A stretch of DNA of 64,000 nucleotides from Eledone cirrhosa (lineage: Eukaryota), in NCBI GenBank assembly GCA_964016885.1, contig OZ024755.1, positions 34,410,001 through 34,474,000 of the forward strand. Direction: 5' to 3'. The notes under the pieces are model-generated. The model did not search any database, was not told the DNA's origin, and saw only the letters and a list, made by a program, of their open reading frames with translations. The position numbers were made by a program, and so were the translations under genes. This document shows positions 37,611 to 51,195 of the stretch, in pieces. Position 1 is the first letter of the stretch, and every line of letters begins with the position of its first letter.

Positions 37611-39151
37611 GGTCACAAAGATACAAAAGGGTGATAAGGGAAAAAGTTAAAACAGATAAACAGAAAGTTAAAAAAAATAATTGCGAAAAAAACAAAACAG
37701 AGTTCACAAAATATTTGCACAAAAATAAGAACAATGTGTAAACAGAGGAAATATTTACATCAAATAGAAATTGATGGGATCTGATGTTTCAGGTGGAACT
37801 CTTTTTCTAAGTAGAGTAAAAAAAAAAAACTAAGATGACGGGGTAAAAAAAGGTGTAAGAAAAATACTGTACTAAATTGAAGATAGAATCTATTTTCAAT
37901 GGCTACATACTCTGAAGCCAGTTGAATAATATCAATTGTATTTAAAAAGCTAAATAACTGAGGCAATGATATTTGTGTCTAAAAAGAGAGAAAAGCAGTT
38001 GCAAAGAGTATAATGTGATAACTCTTTGATAAACTTATTCAAAAGTGTGTTTCAGCTTGCAACTCCTTGCATTTCTGACATATTGAATATATTTTGTGAA
38101 GACATGAACATTATATTTTTCCATTTTATTCACCCATATAAACGCTATGTAAATCCTTATTTTTATCTTTTATAAAAGCCGCGAAAAACATATAAGTTAA
38201 AAAAGAGATTTGACATTTCCACTTGATCTTAATAAAAGGGAAAAAAATGTTTAGAAAATACAAATAAAAAGATGAGAAAAACTCTCAATGATACAAAGAA
38301 GAAAAATTCAGAATTCAATGTCCCAAACTGTTTGAGTTTCTGTTCTGAACTTCGGTTTTATTTTGTCTTTGCTTTTAATATATGTTTCTGTAAAAATTCA
38401 TGTGACATTATCATTAAAGTATTATGATATCAAGATGAGTATATAATCCAATTTGCAGTTGTTACAGTTCATGGCTTGAGAAGTAAATTCAAAGAAAATG
38501 ATTTTTGAAAGCATAGCTCAAAGGTTGGCCGTAATTTAAAATGAACATTTTTTTTGTCAAAGGGTGTTAGATTTTTCTTGTTTATCAATGAAGAATTTTG
38601 GTGAGAGATGACATTTCAGTCCTTTTTTTTTGGTAAAAGAATCTCTCTCCCTCTCTCTCTCTTTATACATATATATACATACACACACACACACACAAAC
38701 ACACGCACGCGTATATATATATATATATAAATATATATATTATATATATTAGAAAGTGAGGTTTTTTTTACAAAATGAAAAATAACCGAGGTGTCCTACA
38801 CGAGTGAAAGTATAAAGAAAAAGAGATGAAATCGAAAATGCAACTGGAGTCTTATTTTTTTTTTAAATATATATATTTATTTGGTTCCTTTACCGGTTTC
38901 GCAGTTCTTCTGCTTTTCAAAAGGTGAGTTGAGATGGAGGGTCTGTGGTTTTTCTCACATCTGGTTGGTCTCTGAATGTTACTTGTTTTATATGGAAAAA
39001 GTGGCTCGAAATGCCAGGTTTTTCGAGAAGTAATTTGATTGGTTTGTCAATAATTATAATAAATTTCGCGCCAGTTCGCGTTACAATAGTTCTTCAAATA
39101 AGAGGGGGGGGGGGGGGGGTTGTCACAGGTTGTTTTTTCATTTTTCATTTT

Positions 39152-39190
<39 letters not shown>

Positions 39191-39471
39191 TTTTTACAAC
39201 CATGCTTGCACAGGTTGGATGAAATCAATCTAAGTATGGTATATACTGCTGATACTTGTCACAATTATCATACATATTCTCTCACACACACGTGTACACA
39301 CACACAAACACCTGAAAGGTTTCTGGCAGTATCTGTCTACCCAATTCCACTCACAAGCTGACTGAGGGTTACTAGGAGAGGGAAAAAAATATGAAATAAA
39401 TATGTGTAGCATATTACTGGTATGTATGGTCTGTAGAGTGCTCCAGTGACATACATCATGTATTGGCCATT

Positions 39472-39807
39472 TTAACCTTTTACCATTTACACTACTCTAT
39501 ATTTATTATTGTATTTTCGTGGAAAAGGCTTCATCTTACATAATATCACATTACTCTATATTTACTATTGTATTTTCGTGGAAAAGGCTTCATCTTACAT
39601 AATATCACATTACTCTATATTTACTATTGTATTTTCGTGGAAAAGGATTCATCTTACATAATTATCTCTCATAATGAGATCTTTATATTATTTATTTTGA
39701 GAACAATATCTTAACATCAGTATGAGTGGCCAGTTACAGCCAGTTTGAACAGAAAGAGGTGAGAGAATTCTGGCCAGATATGGCTGGTTTAAATGTTAAA
39801 GGGTTAA
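39472..39807 (+). mobile_element. piggyBac-like MITE with internal ~59-bp triplication
   Basis: TACTCTATATTTA..GTGGAAAAGG..CTTACATAAT occurs three times; both termini present. Confidence 0.9.
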
Positions 39808-40062
39808 AAGAAATAAGATGATCCTTTCTTGTCTAAAGTTTCTCACTCCATCAATATATTTAGCTAAATCCTACAAATTCAGCAATAATAATATGCACCT
39901 TTCTCATGAAATATGCTAATTAAGTCTAGCTGGTCAAACTCACTCAATATACACACTTAAGCACAATGGTACATCTGGCACTAATGATATATACCTGGTC
40001 TAGTCAATTATTTGTTTTTTAAGTTGGTCATTTTAACATCTTTTGTATTCTGTGAGGGAATT

Positions 40063-40660
40063 ATCATCATCATCTTCATTATCATCGATTAACATCTATC
40101 TTCCACATTAACATGGGTTAGATGGATTTGTCCCATTTCGAGGCAAGTTGGGTCAGGTGATCGTGTCTCGCTCATATAGAACTGTTTCATCATCATCATC
40201 ATCATTTCATTTTACGTCCACTTTTCCCTGCTTGCAAGGGTGGGACGGGAACTGATTCTGGCTTGATTTCTACAGCTGGATGCCCTTCCTAACACCAACC
40301 TCATTTACAGTGAGTGCTGGGTGCTTTTCTTTTTGCCGTGGCACCTCCACGAATGATAGGGATCCCAGTCCCTATAATCTCATTTCTACAGCTGAGTAAA
40401 CTGGAGCAACGTGAAATAAAGTGTCTTGCTCAAGGAAACAACACATCACCCGGTCTGAGAATTGAACTCACAACCTTTCGATTGCAAAGCCAATGCTCTA
40501 ACCACTAAGCCATGTGCCTCCATGTTTCTGGTTGATTTTCTACAGCTGGATGCCCTTCCTAATGCCAACCATATATACAGTGTGTGCTGGGTTCTTTTTG
40601 CCGTGTCTTTTACGTGACCACTTTACAGTGTGGGCTCGATGCTTTTTGTCATGACAAAAT
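40063..40660 (-). mobile_element. Family C element interrupted by a family B SINE (40189-40522)
   Basis: TGTTTC duplication at 40183-40188 and 40523-40528. Confidence 0.85.
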
Positions 40661-41587
40661 CGTTTCAACTGATATAATGTTTAACTGATAAATTCTGAAA
40701 ATATAATATTCGCAAATATGTTATTTTAAGTTGAAAATCATATATTCACATGTGTATGTATATATATATATAAATATATATATATATGTGTGTGTGAGTG
40801 TGTATGCATGTATATATGTGTGTATATGTGTGTGTATATGTGTGTGTATATGTGTGTGTATATGTGTGTGTACATGTAATTTATTTGCCCATGCATTTGC
40901 TCATGAGTTGATTCTGCATGAGAACCAAAACAGATGAGTTCACCTGCAAGGTAAATAATTATAAATATCTGTGTATGTATAACATGCATGCATGAAATGA
41001 ATGTTTGCATGTTTGTATGTATCTATCTAACCCATACTAGCATGGAAGATGGATGTTAAATGATGATGATGGTGATGATACATATATACATACATATATG
41101 CATACACATTCATATACATACATACATACACATATACATACATATACATACACATATATATACATACATACACTTAAATATATATATATATATATACCCA
41201 CATACACATATATATACACACATACAAACACACACACACATATATATACAAGTAAAAGTGTGATTTTAAACTTAAAATAACATATTTGCACATAATATAT
41301 TTCCAAAATTCACTCCATAAATGTTTTATTAGTTGAAACTATTTTTCAGGCACCTTCCTCACAGAATAAAATACATAAGTATGGAAGGAAAAGCTGTGAA
41401 ATGTTATAAAATGACCAACTTTTCAAAAGAATCTTAAGCACATTTTGTTTTAAAATAGTGTTGAAAATTGGTGAACGAATGCCATGAGTGAGATGACAGT
41501 GAATAATAAAGTAAAGGACCAGTGCAGACATGTACTATTGAAGGAGATTTGGAAACAAAGTCATTAAGTGAAGGCATACTATATATA

Positions 41588-42230
41588 TCATCATCATCAT
41601 CATCATCGTTTAACGTCCATCTTCCACGCTGCATGGGTTTGGACGGGAGTTTTCCCACTTGAGGCAAGAGTGGTTGTCGTGCTCGCATAGGACTGTCTGG
41701 CGGGTTTTCTACGGCTGGATGCCCTTCCTAACACCAACCACGTTTACAGTGTGGACTGGGAGGTTTTTACCGTGTTACCTACATGGCCACATTACAGCGT
41801 TGACTGTGTGTTTTTTTTGTCGTGACACCTACACGTCTGGCGGGTTTTCTACGGCTGGATGCCCTTCCCAACACCAACCACGTTTACAGTGTGTACTGGG
41901 AGGTTTTTACCATGTTACCTACACGGCCACATTACAGCGTGGACTGTGTGTGTTTTTTGTCGTGACACCTACACGACCTCATTTGTTTCGGACTGGATGT
42001 TGTGGTACAAACATAACTTAACATTGAAAGGGGTGGTGTGGATGGGGTGGGGGTAGTGGGACGGGGGTGTATTTTGTTAGAGGTGCCTACTGACTGTAGT
42101 GGGTTTCACATTGTACTTAGGTAAGGCGGGTCTTCTCTATTACTAAGTACCACCAAAGGTCTCGGTCCAGTGACATTGTCTTGGTGAGGTGTAAGTGTGT
42201 GAGGTCGGAATTTATCAGCTCGTCCCAGCT
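41588..42230 (-). mobile_element. RTE LINE 3' end (ORF end plus 3'UTR)
   Basis: Closely similar to the reverse complement of ~35375-35980. Confidence 0.92.
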
Positions 42231-42442
42231 TTTTCTCTACAGAATTAGATAACAGGACTACATTAGATTGATAAAATAAGTACCACTTATTACCTTTCCA
42301 AGAAATTATGGTTTAATAATGTACTAACAAAATTATATTAAAGATGTCATGTCTGAGAATATCAGAAACATGCGCCATACCACCTGTGGAGTAAGCTCAA
42401 AGATTCCATGTAGTAAAACCAATGCTCTAACCACTAAGCCAT

Positions 42443-42780
42443 GTGGAGACACATGGCTTAGTGGTTAGAGCATTGGTCTTGCAATCGAAAGGTTATGAGT
42501 TCAATTCTCAGACTGGGTGATGTGTTGTTTCCTTGAGCAAGACACTTTATTTCACATTGCTCCAGTTTACTCAGCTGTAGAAATGAGATGATAGGACTGG
42601 GGTCCTTATCATTCCACTGCAAAGTGGTTGTGGAGGTGCCACAGCAAAAAAGCACCCAGTACTCACTGTAAATGAGGTTGGTGTTAGGAAGGGCATCCAG
42701 CTGTAGAAATCAAGCCAGTATCAGTTCCCATCCCACCCTTGCAAGCAGGGAAAAAGCGGACGTAAAATGAAATGATGATG
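42443..42780 (+). mobile_element. SINE family B with an inverted duplication of its head
   Basis: Full copy preceded by the reverse complement of its first ~28 nt. Confidence 0.9.
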
Positions 42781-43701
42781 AAATCCAAGCATTTAACAAT
42801 AAATTAAAAGTTGAATGACATATATATATAAAATAAACACATCAAACAATTAGAGGAGATAATTTGTAACAAGTGTAAACACATAGTTACGGAGGTAACA
42901 TTAAAAATTAACAAGAACCTAGAATATAGATACCTTGCAATAATAATTAATCTCCTTTGTATATATTCCATCGAAGAAATATATTTCAACATTAATCGGT
43001 GGATCATAGATGTCAAATCTTGGATTATAGGCAAAGGAGAAGATTTAACTATCCATGATTACACGCTAAAAGCAAATCAGGGAATAACAATGGAAAGCAC
43101 ATGTGGTTTAAAAAAAACACATCACCTCGCTGTCAAGCCAGTGGCAGGAATAGGGTTACCGACAGCTAGAAATAGCAGCCGAAACTGTTGAGATGAAGGT
43201 GTTACTAATTTTAGACAATGTTCCTTCTTGGTTAGATTTACACCATCTTTTCGGTAATGATATTAAAATAAGGTCCACAATATTCTACTCAATATTATCT
43301 TGACAATCCTGTCAATAAATCATAGTATATATTGTAGCCTGCAAGAGAATATACCACTGAAGATATTAAACAATGTTCCCATGGTGATAGGAAACAGGAC
43401 AGTCTTGGGAAGACTCATAAAGACAGAGCACTCCCAGGAACATCAAGAAGTACATCTCAAGTCTACAATATTTAGTTTAGAAGCTTGATGGAAGCCATTG
43501 AAGGTTACCACTCAAACCAATGCTAGGAAATAACTTCTGTATAATATAGAGATAGAATACAATTTTGAAAGACTTGAAGGAAGAGATGTTTACTGAATAC
43601 TTCAGAGGTTAGGCAAGATAGATATCATAAAGGACTATATCAGAATCTGGCCGGAAAGCACAGAGTGTGACCCTAGATATTAATTAGTAACAGAAGAAGA
43701 A

Positions 43702-44250
43702 ATAATTGTTTCTACTTTTGGCACAAGGCCAGCAATTATCCCAGTACATTACTGGTACTTTATTTTATCGACCCCGTAAGGATGAAAGGCAAAGTCAACC
43801 TCGGCGGGATTTGAACTCATACCGTAAAAGGACGTTACTCTATGTTGCAAAGCATGATGTTCGACGCTTTACCGATATTGCCAATCCATATTTCGACACA
43901 AGGCCAGTAAATTTGGGAGTAGAGAAAATCGATTTTGGCTCCAAAACTTGATTTTATTTATTGATCTTGTAGAGGATGAAAGGCAAAATTGTCTTCAGTG
44001 GGATTTGAACTCAGAACTTAAAGTACCTGAACAAATATCAGAGAATTTTTCCAATGCTCTAACATTTCTGCTAATTCACTCCCATTCAGAAGAAGAAATA
44101 ATGGTTTCTGATATAGGCACAAGGCTAACAATTTTTGGGGAAAAGGAAAGTCGATTAAATTGACTGCCAGTGCATTACTGGTACTTTATTTTATCGACCC
44201 CGTAAGGATGAAAGGTAAATTTAACCTTGGCAGGATTTGAACTTAGGAAA
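43702..44250 (-). mobile_element. Cluster of family A SINE copies and fragments
   Basis: Three tail/body segments starting at ~43702, ~43896 and ~44100. Confidence 0.8.
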
Positions 44251-44373
44251 GTAAAGAGCCAAAAGAAGAAATAATGGATAAAGTTCTCATTGGTGACAGA
44301 AGAGATAGTTGGAATGACAAAAACAGTAAACCATGAGCTAAGAAACTTATCTGAAAATCCAGGATAACATTAT

Positions 44374-44548
44374 TTGGCAATATCGGTCGGGCGCCATGCT
44401 TTCCAGCATAGTTATGTCCCTTTACGGTCTGAGTTCAAATTCCGCTGAGGTTAATTTTGCCTTTCATCCTTACGGGGTCGATAAAATAAAGTACCGGTAA
44501 TGCACTGGGGTAATTGGTGGCGTTGTGCCATAAGTAGAAACAATTATT
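44374..44548 (+). mobile_element. SINE family A
   Basis: Body and tail present. Confidence 0.85.
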
Positions 44549-44725
44549 TTGTTTATTGAGTTGTCAAAAGAAACTGATATGAAGCAACATTATCTTAGAC
44601 CAATGGTACCTCACCTTTTGTGCACCATGTCCCACCTCAACATTTCCAACATTTTTATGCCTCACTTTAATATAAAAACATCGATGATTAACTACAAAGT
44701 GTAAATAAATTAGCATATGGGTGAT

Positions 44726-45426
44726 GCCAGATGTACTATAACGTATGGAGGAGGTGAGACAGGAGTTTCTGACAATAATGTGTACCATATAGGTAGTGCC
44801 AGATGTACAATAACATGTGTGGAGGAAGTGAGACGAGTTTCCAACAGTAATGTGTACCATATAGGTGGTGCCAGATGTCCAATAACATGTGTGGAGGAAG
44901 TGAGACGAGTTTCCAACAGTAACGTGTACCATATAGGTGGTGCCAGATGTACAATAACATGTGTGGAGGAAGTGAGACGAGTTTCCAACAGTAATGTGTA
45001 CCATATAGGTGGTGCCAGATGTACAATAACATGTGTGGAGGAAGTGAGACGAGTTTCCAACAGTAATGTGTACCATATAGGTGGTGCCAGATGTACAATA
45101 ACATGTGTGGAGGAAGTGAGACGAGTTTCCAACAGTAATGTGTACCATATAGGTGGTGCCAGATGTCCAATAACATGTGTGGAGGAAGTGAGACGAGTTT
45201 CCAACAGTAATGTGTACCATATAGGTGGTGCCAGATGTCCAATAACATGTGTGGAGGAAGTGAGACGAGTTTCCAACAGTAATGTGTACCATATAGGTGG
45301 TGCCAGATGTCCAATAACATGTGTGGAGGAAGTGAGACGAGTTTCCAACAGTAATGTGTACCATATAGGTGGTGCCAGATGTACAATAACATGTGTGGAG
45401 GAAGTGAGACGAGTTTCCAACAGTAA
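44726..45426. repeat. 72-bp tandem array (~9.7 units), downstream of a hAT-like terminus at ~44601
   Basis: 24-aa periodicity in the ORFs; CAATGGTACCTCACCTTTT resembles CAGTGGTTCCCAACCTTTT. Confidence 0.95.
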
Positions 45427-45569
45427 TTTGTCCCAAAGTTGACTTGCTTAATAAATAAAAATTGCTCCCCTGTGTATATAAAAGAAAATCACCCTCCCAC
45501 CTGACTTAATGGAAGGGTGTGGATCACTGAGCATTTGTAGCAACTATCAGAAATTTTATCTAGATGTAT

Positions 45570-46490
45570 ATCATCATCGTTCAACATCCATTTTCCATTC
45601 TAGCATGGGTTAGGCAGGTTGTCCCATTTGAGGCAAGTTGGGTGAGGTGACCGTGTTTTGTTCATATAGGACTGTTTCTGGCTAGATTTCGACAGCTGGA
45701 TGCCCTCCCTAGCACAAACCACTTTATAGTGTGGGGTGGGTGCTTTTTATTGTGACACCTACACAACCACTTTACAGTGTGTGCTGGGTGTTTTTTGTCA
45801 TGACACCTACACAACCACTTTACAGTGTGTGCTGGGTGCTTTTTGTCGTGACACCTACACGACCACTTTACAGTGTGTGCTGGGTGTTTTTTGTCGTGAC
45901 ACCTACACGACCACTTTACAGTGTGTGCTGGGTGTTTTTTGTCGTGACACCTACACGACCACTTTACAGTGTGTGCTGGGTGTTTTTTGTCATGACACCT
46001 ACACGACCACTTTACAGTGTGTGCTGGGTGTTTTTTGTCGTGACACCTACACGACCACTTTACAGTGTGTGCTGGGTGTTTTTTGTCGTGACACCTACAC
46101 GACCACTTTACAGTGTGTGCTGGGTGTTTTTTGTCGTGACACCTACACGACCACTTTACAGTGAGTACTGGGTGTTTTTTGTCGTGACACCTACACAACC
46201 ACTTTACAGTGTGTGCTGGGTGCTTTTTGTCGTGACACCTACACGACCACTTTACAGTGTGTGCTGGGTGTTTTTTGTCGTGACACCTACACGACCACAT
46301 TACAGTGTGTGCTGGGTGCTTTTTGTCGTGACACCTACACGGCCACTTTACAGTGTGTGCTGGGTGTTTTTTGTCGTGACACCTACACGACCACTTTACA
46401 GTGTGTGCTGGGTGTTTTTTGTCATGACACCTACACGACCACTTTACAGTGTGTGCTGGGTGCTTTTTGTCGTGACACCTACACGACACC
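45570..46490 (-). mobile_element. Family C element with a 48-bp tandem array (~16 units, 45720-46490)
   Basis: (CAT)n tail and family C body, then TTTTTTGTCGTGACACCTACACGACCACTTTACAGTGTGTGCTGGGTG repeats. Confidence 0.92.
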
Positions 46491-46584
46491 TATACTATAT
46501 AAAAGAAAATCACCCTTACACCTAACTTAATGGAGAGGCTGGGTTACTGAATATTTCTAGAAATTATCAGAAATTTTATCTATC

Positions 46585-46942
46585 TGGTGGATATGCAATG
46601 TCAATGTGCGTGAACAACCAAGCATGGATGTGTTGAGAGTGAAACTGTATAATAGGAATAAACTGTAGTGTGTAGGAGAGAAGATTGCATTGGTATGGAC
46701 ATGTGATGCGCATGGAAGATGACCGCTGGATGAAGAAGTGCCAAATAATCCCGGTGGAAGGAAGACGCAGTAGAGGAAGACCATGAAAAACCAGGGCGGA
46801 GGTGGTGAGAGCTGACCTCAGATCACTGAAGCTCACACAGGAGATGATGAAGAACTGTGATGAATGGAAAGATGCTGTGCTGAAGAGGACCCATCCCACC
46901 CTTGCAAGCAGGGAAAAGCGGATGTAAAATGATGATGATGAT
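46585..46942 (+). mobile_element. RTE LINE 3' fragment
   Basis: RRLHWYGHVMRMEDDRWMKKC; same tail as SINE B. Confidence 0.9.
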
Positions 46943-47157
46943 ATAATGGTTTCTTATATAGACACAAGGCCAGGAATTTTGGTGGAGGGAAAAGTCGACC
47001 CCAGTGCCTGCCTGGTACTTTATCTTATCGACGCCGTAAGGATGAAAGGCAAAGTTAACCTTGGCAGGATTGAATTGAACTTAGATCATAAAGGGCCGTA
47101 ACTCTATGCTGCAAAGCATAGCACCCAACCCTCTACCTATACTGCCAATCCACTGCC
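46943..47157 (-). mobile_element. SINE family A
   Basis: Reverse complement from tail to head. Confidence 0.85.
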
Positions 47158-47159
47158 CT

Positions 47160-48385
47160 AATGATGATGATATAGCAATGATGATGATGATATAACAATG
47201 ATGATGATATAGCAATGATGATGATGATATAGCAATGATGATGATGATATAGCAATGATGATGATGATATAACAATGATGATGATATAGCAATGATGATG
47301 ATATAGCAATGATGATGATATAACAATGATGATGATATAACAATGATGATGATATAGCAATGATGATGATATAACAATGATGATGATATAGCAATGATGA
47401 TGATATAGCAATGATGATGATATAGCAATGATGGTGATGATATAACAATGATGATGATATAACAATGATGATGATGATATAACAATGATGATGATATAGC
47501 AATGATGATGATATAGCAATGATGATGATATAGCAATGATGATGATGATATAGCAATGATGATGATGATATAGCAATGATGATGATGATATAGCAATGAT
47601 GATGATATAGCAATGATGGTGATATAGCAATGATGATGATGATATAACAATGATGATGATATAACAATGATGATGATGATATAACAATGATGATGATATA
47701 ACAATGATGATGATATAACAATGATGATGATATAACAATGATGATGATGATATAACAATGATGATGATATAGCAATGATGATGATATAGCAATGATGATG
47801 ATATAGCAATGATGATGATGATATAGCAATGATGATGATATAGCAATGATGATGATATAGCAATGATGATGATATAGCAATGATGATGATGATATAGCAA
47901 TGATGATGATGATATAGCAATGATGATGATATAGCAATGATGATGATATAACAATGCTGATGATATAACAATGATGATGATGATATAACAATGATGATGA
48001 TATAGCAATGATGATGATATAGCAATGATGATGATATAGCAATGATGATGATGATATAGCAATGATGATGATATAGCAATGATGATGATATAGCAATGAT
48101 GATGATATAACAATGATGATGATATAACAATGATGATGATGATATAACAATGATGATGATATAACAATGATGATGATGATATAACAATGATGATGATGAT
48201 ATAACAATGATGATGATGATATAACAATGATGGTGATATAACAATGATGATGATGATATAACAATGATGATGATGATATAACAATGATGATGATATAACA
48301 ATGATGATGATATAGCAATGATGATGATGATATAACAATGATGATGATATAACAATGATGATGATATAGCAATGATGATGATGAT
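47160..48385. repeat. Compound minisatellite (ATG)3-4ATATA(G/A)CA, 17/20-bp units
   Basis: Directly visible. Confidence 0.97.
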
Positions 48386-48739
48386 ATATATATATAAAAG
48401 AAAATCACAAAATGTTACATAGCTAGACGCAACCAACTTTGATAAGGCAAGGTAAATAGGTAGATACATAGAGATAAATAGATAAACAGATGTATGAATG
48501 GATGAATGGATTCGTGAATGAATTGAATGATCGATTAATTGTGATCGATTAATTGATTAGGTGATTGATTTGAAGCATCAGAAATGTATCTAACACAACA
48601 CTTATCAATTTGCTTCCCAATATAAGACTGTATTGAGTAAGATGGAGTTGCAGGTAACAACAACAGTTGAATATTTTGTCATTCAATATTAGAAACACCT
48701 CTGTTGGCAGTAGGTTAACTCTTCAGGTAATGTGTCAAT

Positions 48740-50090
48740 AGTGGTGGTGGTGGTGGTGGTTGGGGTGGTGTTCGTGGTGGTTGGGGTGGTGGTGGTGGTA
48801 ATGGTGGTGGTGATGGTGGTGATGGTGGTATTGGTGGTGGTGGTGGTGGTGGTTGAGGTGGTGGTTGTGGTGATGGTGGTGGTGTTGGGGTGGTGGTTGG
48901 GGTGGTGTAGTGGTGGTGGTGGTGGTATTGGTGGTGGTAGTATTGGTGGTGGTGGTGGATGTGGTGGTGGTGGTGGTGCTGGGTGGTGGTTGGGGTGATG
49001 GTGGTGGTGGTGGTGGTGGTGGTGGTTGAGGTTGTGGTGGTGGTTGGTGTGGTGGTGTTGTTGGTGGTGGTGGTGGTTGGGGTGGTGGTGTTGGTGGTGG
49101 TGTTGGTGGTGGTTGGGGTGGTGTAGTGGTGGTGGTGGTGGTGGTATTGGTGGTGGTGGTATTGGTGGTGGTGGTGGTGGTTGAGCTGGTGGTTGTGGTG
49201 ATGGTGGTGGTGTTGGGTGGTGGTTGGGGTGATGGTTGGGGTGGTGGTGGTGGTTGAGGTTGTGGTGGTGGTTGGGGTGGTGGTGTTGGTGGTGGTTGGG
49301 GTAGTGTAGTGGTGGTGGTGGTGGTGGTGGTGGTGGTGGTATTGGTGGTTGTGGTTGTGGTGGTGGTTGTGGTGATGTTGGTGGTGGTGGTGGTGGTTGG
49401 GGTGGTGTAGTGGTGGTGGTGGTGGTATTGGTGGTGGTGGTATTGGTGGTGGTGGTATTGGTGGTGGATGTGGTGATGGTGGTTGAGCTGGTGGTTGTGG
49501 TGATGGTGTTGGGTGGTGGTTGGGGTGGTGGTGGTGTTGGTTGGGGAGGTGGTTGAGGTGATGGTGGTGGTGGTGGTAGTGGTTGAGGTTGTGGTGGTGG
49601 TAGGGGTGGTGGTTGGGGTGGTGGTGGTGGTGGTTGGGGTGACGGTGGTTGTGGTGGTGGTGGCGGTTGGTGTGGTGGTAGTGGTGATGGATGCGAAGGT
49701 GGTAGTAGTGGTAGTAGTAGTAATAGTGGTAGTAATAGTGGTAGTAGTGGTAGTAGTAGTAATAGTGGTAGTAATAGTGGTAGTAGTGGTGGCGGTAGTA
49801 GTCGTATTAGTGGTGGCGGCTTTAGTAGTAGTAGTGGTGGTGGTGGTGGCGGATGCGATAGTGGTAGTGGTGCTGGTGGTAGTAGTAGTGGTTGTGTTGG
49901 TGGTGGAGATAATGTTGGTGGAGGTGGTGACGGCGGTGACAGCGGTGGTGGTAGTAGTAGTAGTAATAGTAGTAGTAGTAGTGATAGTGGTGGTGCTGGT
50001 TGTAGATGTACTGGTAGTGGTGGTGTTTATAGTAGTAGTAGTACTAGTAGTAGTACTAGTAGGTGTAGTAGTAGTAGTAGTAGTGGTAAT
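48740..50090. repeat. Degenerate (GGT)n/(AGT)n low-complexity block
   Basis: Directly visible. Confidence 0.95.
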
Positions 50091-50272
50091 GGAAGAGAGT
50101 AAAATTAGTAATTAAGGAAGCATTGAGTATAAATAGAAGAAACTATTGTCAACATCCAGACACACTAACTTATTAATGCTTCTTTTTATTACTTCTATGT
50201 GTTTGTTCAATGAGTCAATGGTGCCTCCTGGACAACAGATTGATAGATAATAGATTATATATATATATATAA

Positions 50273-50303
<31 letters not shown>

Positions 50304-50310
50304 GTGTATA

Positions 50311-50353
<43 letters not shown>

Positions 50354-50356
50354 GTA

Positions 50357-50388
<32 letters not shown>

Positions 50389-50748
50389 CTTATATATATA
50401 TACATATATATATATACATATATATATACTCTTTTACTCTTTTACCTGTTTCAGCCATCCGGCATATATACATATATATATATATATACATATATATATA
50501 AACGGAAAAAATGAGACAAAATTTCATTTCCCACTCTTAGTACGGCTGTTATTTAAATATATGTATACAGATGTACTGTAGTATGTATATATATATACAT
50601 ACATGCACATGCACACATATATATATATGTACGTATGGATTCACCGAACATTTATTATAATGCTCGGTGTGTTTGTAAACAAACATCCGGTATTAAGCCG
50701 TAGTGTCTAGCAACCATCGTTGCTCGTTTGTTCAACACTGACAAAGGA

Positions 50749-50791
50749 ACGCTGTACTAGTTTCAAGCTTATTAGCTATCGTCGGCAACGT
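50749..50791 (-). ncRNA. Degenerate or variant minimal hammerhead motif in a Penelope-like remnant (50497-51030)
   Basis: Minus strand ACGTTG-CCGACGA-TAGCTAATAAGCTT-GAAA-CTAG-TA-CAGCGT; core has C in place of U4. Confidence 0.45.
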
Positions 50792-51057
50792 ATACCTTCC
50801 TGCCAGATTGTTGAACGTATATACTTACCTTATTAACAGCTGAGTAGCCCAATTTGCATATCGAATGGGTTAATCGGCTGGGTGCACCGAAAATTATAAA
50901 CGGAAAAAATGAAACAAAATTTCATTTCCCACTCTTAGTATGGCTGTTATTTAAATATAAGTACATACACGTACATACATATATGTATACAGACGTGCAT
51001 AAGGTAAGTATATACGTTCAACAATCTGGCCACAATACACATATCATACAAACACAC

Positions 51058-51195
51058 ATCATCATTATCATTTTACATCCGCTTTTCCCTGCTTGCAAGG
51101 GTGGGATGGGTCCTATTCAGCACAGCATCTCTCCATTTGTCACAGTCCTTTGTCATCTCCTCCGTGAGCTTCAACAATCTGAGATCAGCTCTAAC
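51058..51195 (-). mobile_element. RTE 3' fragment
   Basis: Short-tail RTE end. Confidence 0.8.

Noticed and set aside
47081-48469. 462-aa His/Ile/Ser ORFs
   Set aside because: Open in all three minus frames because of the repeat; not gene-like
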